52,427 nt of DNA from the IMG/VR virus record IMGVR_UViG_3300043452_000009, positions 1 through 52,427 of that record. One strand, 5' to 3'. Shown here in pieces: positions 26,701 through 35,413 of the stretch (position 1 is its first letter; every line of letters begins with the position of its first letter). This stretch comes from a virus. Its lineage: Duplodnaviria; Caudoviricetes. The translations under genes were made by a program, and so were the position numbers. The notes beneath the pieces are model-generated. The model was not told where the DNA came from. It saw only the letters and a program-made list of their open reading frames with translations, and ran no database searches.

Positions 26701-28658
26701 TTTCTCAAGAGGACTACAGATCAGCACGCAGGTACGCTTCAGTAACATACAGCGGAATATATAACCAGGACACAAACATAAATAAATTAAACGAATATAA
26801 TTTAGCTTTAGCAAACTACAAAGATTTAGAAAAAGTATTTGGAAGTATAGAGATATTATATGGAAGAAAAACTGACCTTCTTGTTCTTCAGGAGGATAAG
26901 ATTTCTTACGTGTTGCAAGGAAAAAACTTACTGTCTGACGCGGCAGGAGGAGGAGCAATAGCTTCTATACCTGAAGTTCTAGGTACTCAAATATCAAGAA
27001 TTGAAGAAAACGGAATAAGCAATAACCCTGATAGTTTTTCTGTTTATGGACCAGAGATTTTCTTTACAGACGTAAAGAGATCGGCTGTTTTAAACTTAAG
27101 AGGAGGTTCTTATAATTCTGATCAACTTGTTGCTATATCTGACTTAGGTATGAAGCATTGGTTTAGAGATGAATTTAAAAACTCGTTAAACAACTTAAAA
27201 ATTGGAGGCTACGATCCTTACATGAGTGAGTATGTTTTATCTATTAAGGACGATTTACTTCCAGTGCCTATTGATGAGGTTCCTTGCGGTACCTTATTAG
27301 AGAAGTATAGCAGTAGCGAAGAAAGCACTTACTATATAAACTTAGGCAATACAATAGGTCAGGTTACATTTAACATAAGCGTAACGGAAGGAGATTTAGA
27401 TGTTTTAGTTGAATATAACGGTATTGTTATTTTTGACAGAAATATAGACATAAATACAGATATTGTGTTTAACAAGGAAGCGTTTGAACCAGAGTTAGTC
27501 ACCGTAAGTATTGCGCCTAACAACGCTACTTTTACAATGTCTACTCCATGCCCAGAGCTAGAGCCGCTGACCGTGGTTAAGGTTGTGATTAATTCACCGG
27601 CATCTCAAGGGTTGACAACTCATACAAAATACAGATGGTCTCTAGGAGCTGATTTAAGCCCTTATGATATTGAATTTATAACATTAAACTCTTCAGGTGT
27701 TTCTCTTTATGAATTAGTAGATGGATTCACTTCGGCAGGAACAATACCTGCTATAGGTAGTGATATAGAACTAGTGTCTAGTAAACAATCTGGAGATACT
27801 TATAACTTTAGTCCTTCAAATTCATTTAAGTATTTAGTGTCTAATAACCTTTACGATGTGCCTACTTTAATACCTTTGTTAAACAACGTAACGCCTGTAA
27901 CAAACCCTACAACTGGTACATACCAAGCTGTTGTAAACAATTTTGCTTACACCGGATCTTATTTGTACTTAGTTTGGGATTTAAGGATATCAAATAGAAT
28001 CAGTCTTTGCTACAGTGATGTAGACGAATACGACGTTTGTTGCGATTGTTCAGGCGCAAGTGATTACTATATTAATTCTAATTCTTTTTCAGGAGCTACA
28101 GCTGTTTTTACTGATTCTAACTTAACAATACTTGCCACTGATGGTTGGTATCAATTAGGCGGTACATATAGACAGCAATTATCAGGAGTTCTATTAGACC
28201 CTGTATCATGCCCAAGTTGTGAGGCATGTACTACTTGGTCTGGAGGTACTTTTAAAGGTGCTGGAGATTTTGATGCTACGTTTAGTTATTTAGATTGTGA
28301 TAATGCAATACAAAATATTGTGGTCCCAATACCTGCTAATGCAACACCTGGTATACCAATGGCGTACGAAGTAAATCTAGGGGACGGGGTATGTGTTATA
28401 CCAGGTAGTATAGAATTAATTACACCTTCTGTAATTCCGTCTTTAACAATTGAGTATGGCGCTGAATGCTCTGTACCTCCTGTTGATTGCTTAGAGTTTA
28501 CTGCTAGTGCAGATGGATTCCCAGGGACGGTATATTATACAGACTGCGCTGGAGATCGTCAAGAAATTTTTGTAGACACAACACTTACATTCTGTGCTGT
28601 ATTTGGAACAGTAACATCTGGAGGCCCAATAATAAGTATAAACGGAGATTGTATATAA
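23733..28658 (+). CDS. tail muzzle/stabilization protein (P22 gp10-like) with a Cys-rich C-terminal extension
   Basis: GKMNKSFDERLLPDGEYIDALNIR, LFWTDNLNPPRKIN, FSYRYKYLDGEYSALS, NRVFYGNYVDG, GISNNPDSF, GGYDPY. Confidence 0.8.
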   Translation: MANIGINETVTFISGKMNKSFDERLLPDGEYIDALNIRIGSTELSSIGAIENALGNTKLTFIPGLTSNAECIGALEDGANETVYWFIADPTALDMIVSYNVGTQTLKYHVKSVNVLNFDKKYRINGVNLIDDLLFWTDNLNPPRKINVKRSYPLPNPTDQITEDDINVIVAPPTGAPNIQLFNVAGEENYIIDKFLSFSYRYKYLDGEYSALSKFTDIAFEPGSFNIDYSTYTNSGMENLFNTIKVSFDTGNENVIGIDLCFKYSTSNIVNVIEKYSKKEQGWADNTSEEVLFNNKKIYTVLPESELLRLYDNVPIISKAQTTMGNRVFYGNYVDGYDVDVDLDYDVKGISEPISVDRFNLTETNGYSYSIDSSNILSIDNSKINIDLSNAELKEGYTLTIDFNLIHNRFSGSSLYPPGAPINIFQEIFYYTFPRDYTSVFDLGTDQDFIDALYTHQPIALANEGLSFTDLFNRSLITKQISSGVPAWTKTGSGINNDNGGFEITVNTGSNILGIQVPAMEFFVESPTGVMNYAYEYFENVSTEAYITNPGSKKSLHSNRDYELAIVYMDDYSRRSTALTVTNNTVFFPASTSDTRNYLQVSVNNTAPSWAKRYEFVLKPSKTGYETIFCNIFFIDEDGYTWFKLEGDNRSKVRNDQRLIVKKDSSGVLNSLVITKVLDIEAKSSGFISGGALEPAGTYMKLKASNFQATYLENSYVSREIVSCGEDYPSAQIPFHQNNPQYDNTLPITPGNQPYMPIPVPAGSLITIRIRFNRNSSGNSCGSRTYDYDKNFVSNQDYNSFYDFIQGQQINLTNGVSSGDDDIVNLNVQSSVIANYEPLLPFSCSTSGFISPTPSINKYQFAEGYVGNNPANPKDGRLYFGLRGGTPYCSGKSSMLNGYIVIQQANSSFIFETEPAEADGEIFYENDQVFDIVNGFHQGNVTNQTSGLNSAVSNLDFFNCFSFGNGCESYKIGDSLVGAPFYIGSRVTAVSQEDYRSARRYASVTYSGIYNQDTNINKLNEYNLALANYKDLEKVFGSIEILYGRKTDLLVLQEDKISYVLQGKNLLSDAAGGGAIASIPEVLGTQISRIEENGISNNPDSFSVYGPEIFFTDVKRSAVLNLRGGSYNSDQLVAISDLGMKHWFRDEFKNSLNNLKIGGYDPYMSEYVLSIKDDLLPVPIDEVPCGTLLEKYSSSEESTYYINLGNTIGQVTFNISVTEGDLDVLVEYNGIVIFDRNIDINTDIVFNKEAFEPELVTVSIAPNNATFTMSTPCPELEPLTVVKVVINSPASQGLTTHTKYRWSLGADLSPYDIEFITLNSSGVSLYELVDGFTSAGTIPAIGSDIELVSSKQSGDTYNFSPSNSFKYLVSNNLYDVPTLIPLLNNVTPVTNPTTGTYQAVVNNFAYTGSYLYLVWDLRISNRISLCYSDVDEYDVCCDCSGASDYYINSNSFSGATAVFTDSNLTILATDGWYQLGGTYRQQLSGVLLDPVSCPSCEACTTWSGGTFKGAGDFDATFSYLDCDNAIQNIVVPIPANATPGIPMAYEVNLGDGVCVIPGSIELITPSVIPSLTIEYGAECSVPPVDCLEFTASADGFPGTVYYTDCAGDRQEIFVDTTLTFCAVFGTVTSGGPIISINGDCI

Positions 28659-28659
28659 C

Positions 28660-29412
28660 ATGGCAAAAACACTAACATACAGTAATTTTTCACAAGGATG
28701 GACATCCTTTTACTCATTCATCCCTGAGAAAATTTTAGGGATGAATAGCTACCTTTATACGTTTAAAGGAGGTAACCTGTACCAGCACAATACAAGCGCT
28801 AATAGAAATGTTTTTTACGACAATCCTATACCGTACCCTTCTACTATTACGTCTGCATTTAACGATAATACTCTTGATGTAAAGAACTACAAGACGCTTT
28901 GTCTTAACAGTAATTCACCATGGTCAGCTGTTGTGAATACAAACATTACTAGTGGTATTATTGATGAGTCATGGTTTGACAATAAGGAAGGGCTTTTTTA
29001 TTCTTTCATAAGAAGAAATAATAATGACTTAACCATAAACATGAGGTCCGCTCAAGGTTTAGGGTCAGTAACAACAGTAAACTCAACATTACCTGCCGCT
29101 GTTACTCTTGCGTTTAGTTTCTCTTTTGGAAGCATTGTAAGTGTTGGAGATTTAATGTACAAAAACAATGCCGGTAACCCACTTCTTTTAGGTAAGATAA
29201 CTTCGATATCTGGTAATGTAATTACAATAAACACAACAATACCTAATGGTTCAATACCTAGTAATGGTGACTTCTTATTATTTATAAAGAACTCAATTGC
29301 TGAGTCTTACCCACAATTAGGGTACTACATGCAATTTAAATTAACGGTACAAACAACATCTAGAGTAGAGTTATTCTCGGTTCAGTCAGACCTGTTTAAA
29401 AGTTATCCGTAA
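28660..29412 (+). CDS. tail protein resembling the C-terminal part of muzzle proteins
   Basis: TLTYS..SQGWTSFYSFIPE...YTFKGGNLYQHN...KEGLFYSFI...GYYMQFKL...ELFSV. Confidence 0.65.
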   Translation: MAKTLTYSNFSQGWTSFYSFIPEKILGMNSYLYTFKGGNLYQHNTSANRNVFYDNPIPYPSTITSAFNDNTLDVKNYKTLCLNSNSPWSAVVNTNITSGIIDESWFDNKEGLFYSFIRRNNNDLTINMRSAQGLGSVTTVNSTLPAAVTLAFSFSFGSIVSVGDLMYKNNAGNPLLLGKITSISGNVITINTTIPNGSIPSNGDFLLFIKNSIAESYPQLGYYMQFKLTVQTTSRVELFSVQSDLFKSYP

Positions 29413-29419
29413 TTTTTAG

Positions 29420-29427
29420 TATCTTTG
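29420..29427 (+). promoter_or_regulatory. -7 element TATCTTTG, probably giving a leaderless or near-leaderless mRNA
   Basis: TAnnTTTG ends 4 nt before ATG 29432. Confidence 0.65.
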
Positions 29428-29431
29428 TAAA

Positions 29432-29827
29432 ATGAAAACTTACAAAGTATTAAAGAAGGAAGATTTCTTTGAAACCATGAAATCATGGTGGATAGATTGG
29501 GGGTTCCCGGTTTTAAATATGGACGCTCTACCTGAAAGTATTATTGTTGTTTATCATGAAGGTCAAGAAGTTTGCGCAATACCTTTGTATCTTTCTGATT
29601 CAAATGTATGCTGGGTAGGATTTATTACAAGCAACAAGAACGCTTCTAAGGAAGCTAGAAAAGGATCCTTAACTTTTGGTTTAGATTCAATATCTGACTT
29701 CTTGCAATACACAGGGTATAGGAATTTATTCACAGTAACTAGTAATAGCTTTATAGATAAGTCGTTGATGGAGTCTAATTTTTTGGTTACAAATAAAAAC
29801 ATTAAGGAATACTTAAAAAATATATAA
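29432..29827 (+). CDS. GNAT-fold-like protein preceding the ejection proteins
   Basis: 131 aa alpha/beta pattern (WW.DWGFP...CWVGFITSN...ARKGSL...GYRNLFTVT); position analogous to T7 gp13. Confidence 0.5.
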   Translation: MKTYKVLKKEDFFETMKSWWIDWGFPVLNMDALPESIIVVYHEGQEVCAIPLYLSDSNVCWVGFITSNKNASKEARKGSLTFGLDSISDFLQYTGYRNLFTVTSNSFIDKSLMESNFLVTNKNIKEYLKNI

Positions 29828-29828
29828 T

Positions 29829-30578
29829 ATGGGAGCAGCAGCATCAGGAGCAGCATCAGGAGCAGCATCAGGAACGGCAGTTATGCCGGGTTGGGGTACA
29901 GCCGTTGGAGGTTTAGCAGGAGGAACAATGGGACTTATAGAAGCTAGTAAACAAGCAGCAGCCGAAAGAGGAGCTCAAAGAGCAGCAGAAGAAGCCGCGG
30001 CAAAAGCAGAGCGTCTTCAAGAAACAAATTTCTTAGGAGCTGTTCAGGTCCCTGTACAAGCATATGAGCAAGGATTAAGAACAACTACAGCAAACCAAAT
30101 GCAAGCATTAACAGCTTTAGCGGAAGCTGGTTCAAGAGAACTAGCTGGAGGTGTAGGTAGAATAAACGAAGTAGGTAACAGCCAAGCAAACGATGTTACA
30201 AATCAATTGGGTGATAGGCTTTATAATTTAGACGTAGCTCAAGCCAATGAAAAAGGACAGACAAATGACGCGCTGTCTAAAATAAGTCTAGATAGAGCTA
30301 AGGGTGCTCAGTTAGCAGCTATGGCCGCTCAGTTAGCCAAAACACAAGCCTTAGACTCTTCTGTTCAAGGATTTGGTTCAGCTCTAGTTGCTGGAGAAAA
30401 CATGCTGACTCCAGTACATAAAGAAGGAGAAGACGCTGTTTCATCTCAAATACCTAAAATGCCAGGGGTTATGATTCCAAACGCACAGGCTCCTCAAATA
30501 GAAAACACTCAACTACAAGGACTTGCTAGTCCAGAGGTACTAAAAATGTTAGAGATTTTTATGAAAAACTATAGATAA
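29829..30578 (+). CDS. putative ejection (pilot) protein
   Basis: Gly/Ala-rich hydrophobic N-terminus (MGAAASG...PGWGTAVGGLAGG) followed by Ala/Gln helices. Confidence 0.65.
   Translation: MGAAASGAASGAASGTAVMPGWGTAVGGLAGGTMGLIEASKQAAAERGAQRAAEEAAAKAERLQETNFLGAVQVPVQAYEQGLRTTTANQMQALTALAEAGSRELAGGVGRINEVGNSQANDVTNQLGDRLYNLDVAQANEKGQTNDALSKISLDRAKGAQLAAMAAQLAKTQALDSSVQGFGSALVAGENMLTPVHKEGEDAVSSQIPKMPGVMIPNAQAPQIENTQLQGLASPEVLKMLEIFMKNYR
29838..29873 (+). repeat. 12-bp tandem repeat GCAGCATCAGGA x3 (AASG x3)
   Basis: Directly visible. Confidence 0.9.
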
Positions 30579-32095
30579 TGGCAGAGTACTACGGATTTAA
30601 AGATGCTAGTGAAGTAAAGGCTAATCCAGTTGTGGATTGGGGAACTATCGCTATGAAGGTAGGTCAGGATCTTGATAAAAACAAAGAAAACAGACAAAGA
30701 CTTAGAGCAGAAGACCAGAAGATTACTTCTGAGAATTTAGATACTTTAAGTAAAGCTGATTTAGGAGCAGACCAAACTATTAACAAGCAACTTACTGATG
30801 CTGTTTATGAAAATAAAAAGCTTCAAGGCGAGTGGTTTAATCAGTTAAAAAACGGTAAGATGACTAGACAAGATTATGCGTCTAGATCTCAAGCCTTAAA
30901 AAACAACTGGGGTATCCTTAATAATGTTGTTAAAAATAGAGCAGCGAATGACAAAGTTCTTATGGATGCGATACAAAGCAATACAGAAGACGCATTAACT
31001 AGCACTATTGCTAAAAAACTAGGAACTCTTTCAAATTTACAAAATAAAAAACTATATACAGATCCTACAACAGGTGTCATGGTTGTAGCTGATTACGATG
31101 AAAACGGTAAGATTATAGAGTCATCAATGATGGACATAAACTCTATAAACAATGCTCAGGTAGACGCTGCACCAAGGGTTAATGTTGTGGAAGGAGTGAA
31201 GCCAATTGCTGCTACTGCCGCTAAATTAATTACTGATAACGGTATTAGATCTTTAGAAGACGCTATGAGATCACCAGCCTATCCTCAAATGAGAAAAGCT
31301 GCTCAGGACTCTGTTCTTTCTAGCAATAGAAGAATCGCTGATGTATTGGTAAATTCCAGCGGAATGGGGTATTTCATAACAGACGATCCTAGTGAAGCAG
31401 AGAAAAACCCTTTAGCTATATTAGCGACTAGTACCGGAGGTAATTTTGACGTGGTATTAGACCCTGTTAAAGACGCTAAAAAAATAGAGGCAGCAAATAA
31501 CGTTGTTGGGAAAGCGCTTGATCTTCAAATGCCTTTTATAGAAAAGGTTACATTACCTACTCCTAGACAACCTAGAGCAGCGGCTGCTCCAAAAGAAGAC
31601 AAAGATCCACCACCAACAATATCTCAAGTAAACCCTATTAGAGTAGGTAACAAACAAGGAGCTGTAGCTATTATTAACGACCCAGTTGGTATAAAAACAA
31701 ACTCAGGATTTGTAGAGAAGGTTGTAAACGCTGGTATTGATGAAGATGGAAGACATTTTGTTAAGGTTGTTAGATATAATTCTAAAGAAAACCTAGGAGC
31801 AGAAGGAGGTTCTACTAGTTTTTCAGCTAGCCAAACAACCCCTAAAACTTATGTTTACTACGGTGAACAAATAACGCCTCGTTTAAAAGGAGACGAAAAG
31901 AACATAAGAGAATACAGTCCTACTAATTATGCAAACTTTAGAAGTAGAGCTGGATTTGGTTCTGATGAAGAATTAAGAGTTTTTCTTGAAGAACAAAGAG
32001 GGGTAAGATTACCTACGTATAAAGCACCTGCTAAAGCACCTGCTGGTAAACAAGTTCAAGGAAAAACAGGCAAAAAGATATTTATACCAAAATAA
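30578..32095 (+). CDS. putative internal virion / ejection protein
   Basis: 505 aa, helical N-terminal half; TAATG-coupled within the cargo block. Confidence 0.6.
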   Translation: MAEYYGFKDASEVKANPVVDWGTIAMKVGQDLDKNKENRQRLRAEDQKITSENLDTLSKADLGADQTINKQLTDAVYENKKLQGEWFNQLKNGKMTRQDYASRSQALKNNWGILNNVVKNRAANDKVLMDAIQSNTEDALTSTIAKKLGTLSNLQNKKLYTDPTTGVMVVADYDENGKIIESSMMDINSINNAQVDAAPRVNVVEGVKPIAATAAKLITDNGIRSLEDAMRSPAYPQMRKAAQDSVLSSNRRIADVLVNSSGMGYFITDDPSEAEKNPLAILATSTGGNFDVVLDPVKDAKKIEAANNVVGKALDLQMPFIEKVTLPTPRQPRAAAAPKEDKDPPPTISQVNPIRVGNKQGAVAIINDPVGIKTNSGFVEKVVNAGIDEDGRHFVKVVRYNSKENLGAEGGSTSFSASQTTPKTYVYYGEQITPRLKGDEKNIREYSPTNYANFRSRAGFGSDEELRVFLEEQRGVRLPTYKAPAKAPAGKQVQGKTGKKIFIPK

Positions 32096-32107
32096 TAAAA
32101 TTTAATA

Positions 32108-34903
32108 ATGGAAGAGGAATACATCTTAAACGGTAAAGTATACAAAGCGTCTGACCTTAATTCTTACGCTAAAAAAAGCGGTTTGTCTTTGAGTGAGTAT
32201 ATTAAAGAATCTGGAGCTAAAGTAAGTCAAGCTGCTGAAAAAAACTATTCACTTGGAGGTAAGAATTACGACAGAAAAACACTTGAAACATACGCTAAAA
32301 AAAGCGGTTTATCTTTTGACGAGTACATAAAAGAATCCGGTGCAAAAAATATTGCAGTAAAAAAAAAAGAGTCTACAGATGGTACTCAAGCAAGTCAAGC
32401 TTTGGGTTCGAAACCTGTTCAGCAACCTGTAAAATCTTTATCGGGTACAGAAAAACAGGGACAAGCTCAGCCTTCGGCTTCTTCAAGTGGAGGTAAGATG
32501 GAAACATTTACTGGGTTCTCTAATGAGGACCTAGCTAAAATGAATCAATCTCCAGAGGAGAAATCTAATGTTGAATTTGCTAAGAATTATACTCAGGCTG
32601 TTAAAAAAGGAAGACTAACAAAAGGGAATCCAAATGCTATAAAAACAGAAAGTCCTTTTGAAGAAGCTTACAAGCAGACTGAGGAAGAAATAAAAGCAAA
32701 TCCTTTTTTAACACAACAGCCTCAAATAGGATTAGACGGTAAAGAGATTGTTGAAAAAAAGAGCGTAATTGAAACAATAGGACTGCCTTCTAAGGAAGAT
32801 ATTGCTAAAAAAGATTTAGAGATAAAACAAAAAATAGACCAAGAATATAAAAATCTTGATCTAGATAATCCTACACCGTATTTATCTGCATCAACTTATA
32901 ATAGATTAGAAACAGAAGGGCTTCCAAAAGATACTTTTGTAGATGATTTATTTAGTGATGAAAAACTACAATCAGCAGGTATAAATCCAGCTGATTTTGA
33001 CGGATACCTAAATCAATCTGGTTTTAAAGAACAATTCAAAGAAAGAAAACAGAGAGGTGATTTTGATCCTGAATCTAGAGGTTTAATGAAAGTATCTGAC
33101 GCTAGATTAGCTGAGGAATTGTATAAGAAAAAAATACTATCAAATTACATATCTACTATAAACGAAAGAGAGGTTTTAAAAAGTAAGTTACAATCTGTAA
33201 AAGGTAGTTATGACGGTAAAAAAATACCTGTAAATAAAAACGCTAAAGTATTTGATAATAATTTAATAGCGGCTTACTCTGAAGAAAACCTTCCTATTTT
33301 AACACAAAAATTAAAAGAAAAAGATCAGGTTAATAAAGAAAAATACCAAGAATTAACAAATGATAATTCTGGTTTAAACTCTTTATGGATAGGGACTAAA
33401 AACGCGCTAACCGGAGGTTTTAATTCCTTCTTAGACGCTGTAAATAAATCAGGTACAACTATTTACGATGCTATAGGAGCTGACGAAACAGCTGAAGAGC
33501 TAAGATATCTTAATGAAGAAAGGCAATTAGAAAGACCCTCTGAAAGACAAGTTTCTTTTGCTAGTGGTAAAGTCGTGGGGTTGAAAGGTAAAAAATACTT
33601 AGTAGACGAAAAAGGAACTGTATACGACAAGGATAATGAAATAGTTGTGAACGATCTTTTAGATCAAGGTTCGTTAGATAAAATACTAAAAGAATCCAAA
33701 AACTCAAAAGAAGAAGATTGGTTTTTTAGCCCTCAAGGAACCGCAGTTCAGACAGGTTCTGTTTTAGGAGATATGGTTTGGCAAGTTGCGTGGCAAGCTA
33801 CTGTAGGTAAGCTTACAAAAGGCATACCTATGAAAAACATTCCGATACCAAAAGCTACGGCTGATGCTATTATAGCTCAGTCATCTCTTGGTTATTCTCA
33901 GGCATATCAAACAACTCTTAAGGAAGCTAAAGACGCTGGGTTAACAGACAAGGAAGCAGAGCAAATAGCTGGAGATGCAGCTCAGAGAACTGCAATATGG
34001 TATGGAATAACTGCACCTATATCACCTCAAACTAAAGCTGTAGAATCTTTATTTGGAGCAGCTGAAAAAGATCTTATAAAGAAAGCAGTAAACGCATATA
34101 AAATAAACGGTAAGCAAGGGTTTATATCTACATTAAATAACGGATTTAAGCAAATACCTAAAAAAGCCGTAGGATTTGTTGAAGAAGGAGGAAAAGAAAC
34201 TATTCAAGAAAACATACAACAAGGAGGTGATATTTTATGGATTAACGCTCAAAAAAACATAGACGCAGGTAAGGAAATATCTGACGAGACAATGTCTTAC
34301 GATGATTTCATGAATACTTCTATATTGTCATTCTTGTCAGGAGGCGCTGCTGCTAATTTAAACATGCCTTCTTTTTCTGGAAATAAAAAAACACAAGTAA
34401 AAAGTTTATACCAATTATCTCAAAACATGGACGTGTTAGACACTAACTTGAATGAGATGGTAAATAATAAAGTAATTACTAAAGAAGATGCTGATAGAGT
34501 AAAGAAGGACGCTATAGCTGTTTCTAGAAACGTTACAAGGATACCAAAAGATACAAATCCTGACATTCAGCTTGATGTAATGAGAAATCTTAGCGATGTT
34601 CAAGACTTGGAAGACAGTAAAAAAACATTAGACAAATCATTTCATTCTCAGATTGATGCCCAAATACAAGAAAAAAGAAACGAGGTAGAGAATATTTACA
34701 ACGAGTCTTTAAAAACAAATAAAAAAGAAGAGGTAGAAAATATTCAAGAAAATTCATTACCTTTGTTTGAGCAATTACAAGCTACCGAAACAACAAAACA
34801 AAAGAATAGATTACTTAAAAACAACCCAACGGTAGCGTTTGTTAGTCAAAATTTAGACACAATAATAGACTCTGTAGAAGGAGCACAACGAGTTGAATGT
34901 TAA
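32108..34903 (+). CDS. large putative ejection/cargo protein with an N-terminal 42-aa tandem repeat
   Basis: Y.L.GK.Y...L..YAKKSGLS..EYIKESGAK x2; later Gly/Ala-rich segments and EEGGKETIQENIQ. Confidence 0.65.
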   Translation: MEEEYILNGKVYKASDLNSYAKKSGLSLSEYIKESGAKVSQAAEKNYSLGGKNYDRKTLETYAKKSGLSFDEYIKESGAKNIAVKKKESTDGTQASQALGSKPVQQPVKSLSGTEKQGQAQPSASSSGGKMETFTGFSNEDLAKMNQSPEEKSNVEFAKNYTQAVKKGRLTKGNPNAIKTESPFEEAYKQTEEEIKANPFLTQQPQIGLDGKEIVEKKSVIETIGLPSKEDIAKKDLEIKQKIDQEYKNLDLDNPTPYLSASTYNRLETEGLPKDTFVDDLFSDEKLQSAGINPADFDGYLNQSGFKEQFKERKQRGDFDPESRGLMKVSDARLAEELYKKKILSNYISTINEREVLKSKLQSVKGSYDGKKIPVNKNAKVFDNNLIAAYSEENLPILTQKLKEKDQVNKEKYQELTNDNSGLNSLWIGTKNALTGGFNSFLDAVNKSGTTIYDAIGADETAEELRYLNEERQLERPSERQVSFASGKVVGLKGKKYLVDEKGTVYDKDNEIVVNDLLDQGSLDKILKESKNSKEEDWFFSPQGTAVQTGSVLGDMVWQVAWQATVGKLTKGIPMKNIPIPKATADAIIAQSSLGYSQAYQTTLKEAKDAGLTDKEAEQIAGDAAQRTAIWYGITAPISPQTKAVESLFGAAEKDLIKKAVNAYKINGKQGFISTLNNGFKQIPKKAVGFVEEGGKETIQENIQQGGDILWINAQKNIDAGKEISDETMSYDDFMNTSILSFLSGGAAANLNMPSFSGNKKTQVKSLYQLSQNMDVLDTNLNEMVNNKVITKEDADRVKKDAIAVSRNVTRIPKDTNPDIQLDVMRNLSDVQDLEDSKKTLDKSFHSQIDAQIQEKRNEVENIYNESLKTNKKEEVENIQENSLPLFEQLQATETTKQKNRLLKNNPTVAFVSQNLDTIIDSVEGAQRVEC
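34758..34765 (+). promoter_or_regulatory. possible internal -7 element TACCTTTG upstream of ferritin
   Basis: TAnnTTTG about 150 nt before ATG 34914, but inside a CDS, so it may be chance. Confidence 0.3.
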
Positions 34904-34913
34904 AAATAAAATT

Positions 34914-35411
34914 ATGTTAAAACCAGAGATTTTAGACAAGGAAGTAGTAGATATATTAACGTCAAGACTTCAGAATGAGTATAACCATCACTACTTTTAC
35001 CAAGCTGCAAGCAACTGGTGTAGAGGTATTGGGTTTAATAAGGCTGCTGATTACTTTTTAGCTGAAAGCAATGAAGAGCTTGAGCACGCAAGAGGTATTG
35101 AGAAGTATCTTATTGACTGGAATGTCACCCCTTCTCTTCCTACAATTAAAACACCTGTATTAGAATTTAAAAATTTAGCTGAAACGGTTGAGGTTTCTTA
35201 TAAGAATGAGTACGAATTGTACGAATTGTATGAGGAATCATCTGTTGATATTTTAAAGATGGGTGAGATGTGTACATTTGACTTCTTGCAAGCATACAGA
35301 AAAAATCAGAACGATGCGGTTGCTGCCTATAGCGATATGCTTAATATCCTTGAAGGGACTAACGCAGACAGCAAGTTTGAGATGTTATTAATAGAAAAGA
35401 AATTATTCTAA
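34914..35411 (+). CDS. ftn: ferritin (non-heme Ftn-type)
   Basis: QNEYNHHYFY (E17/Y24), AESNEELEHA (E49/E50/H53), YKNEY (E94), KNQ (Q127) in FtnA numbering. ATG 34914 preferred over TTG 34893. Confidence 0.88.
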   Translation: MLKPEILDKEVVDILTSRLQNEYNHHYFYQAASNWCRGIGFNKAADYFLAESNEELEHARGIEKYLIDWNVTPSLPTIKTPVLEFKNLAETVEVSYKNEYELYELYEESSVDILKMGEMCTFDFLQAYRKNQNDAVAAYSDMLNILEGTNADSKFEMLLIEKKLF

Positions 35412-35413
35412 TA

